Below, piece after piece: positions 63,331-64,000 of a stretch of 64,000 nt of DNA. The stretch covers positions 65,102,001-65,166,000 of the forward strand of contig CM052816.1 in assembly GCA_028534125.1 (NCBI GenBank). The letters are read 5' to 3'. A program made the translations under genes and the position numbers. The stretch comes from Lama glama. Lineage: Eukaryota. The notes under the pieces were generated by a model. That model saw nothing but the letters and a program-made list of their open reading frames with translations, made no database searches and was not told the DNA's origin. The first letter of the stretch is position 1, and each line of letters starts with the position of its first letter.

Positions 63331-64000
63331 CATTATCTTGACTAATCACTATAAAAGAAAAAGGAGTATATGAAAAATGATGTGTTTGTAAAATATCAAG
63401 CTTCCCTGTTAATGCTGGGGAGTTGGGTTTGGAAATAAGCATGTGCAAATCCCTTCTTTCCTCCTCTTGGTAAATAGTGCAGTGTGGCCATGCACAGCAA
63501 GCACTTGGGGACCGGTGTGATCCCCACAGCAAGGAACGACCCCAGGACAGAAACAAACAAGTTTTCTTTAAGTGATTTCTTTGTTTTCTTTTAAAAGGCA
63601 CCCACTTTCAAATATATCCTGGGGAAATCTTTCTTGTATTTCCTCCAAGCATAATCAATTCAACAGAGAATTCAGGCTTTGCCAGTGATCATGGGAGGTA
63701 CTTCTCATAGTCCTCCAGTAGACTTCACAGCTGTTAGTTTGCTGTAGCAGTGGCTTGCTTAAATGGTGGCCCACTTGAATGGTGCTTGTGCTGGTAGCAT
63801 TCTGTGAAGGAGAAACTTTCCACTTAGAATGGAAAGAGGAAGAATACAGCTCAATTCTGTGATTATTGGACATAGCAAAGAAATAATAAAAAACCCAATG
63901 AAATAAGCCCTGTTGCTTTCAGTGAAAGGAGCTTAATAAAATGGATAAATTCTCCCAACAGCAACAATTGTTATCTTTTTCGTGTTACCATTGTGGTTCC

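Noticed and set aside
1..64000. CRISPR array, operon or prokaryotic defence system
   Set aside because: Eukaryotic repeat landscape with no regularly spaced direct repeats and no long ORFs

Overview
Mammalian, almost certainly camelid (alpaca/vicuna/camel-type), non-coding genomic DNA. It is AT-rich, CpG-depleted and densely tiled with interspersed repeats: L1 fragments of several ages, L2, MIR, MaLR (MLT1) and ERVL/ERV1 LTRs, hAT-Charlie MITEs and a MADE2 MITE. The lineage call rests on two copies of a tRNA-derived SINE matching the camelid vic-1 family. I recognise no host protein-coding gene, tRNA, rRNA or CRISPR array. The only ORFs with recognisable homology are L1 ORF2 fragments (RT region at 41.2-41.7 kb). 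Two exactly 500-N gaps (22002-22501, 40608-41107) break contiguity. The window looks like a large intron or intergenic region, and I find no convincing novel biological system. The best leads are a candidate spliced + strand 3' gene end at 55.3-56.3 kb, a young 5'-inverted L1, a T>C-skewed L1 fragment and several small TPRT footprints. Repeat names come from recalled consensus sequences rather than a search, so subfamilies and boundaries are approximate.
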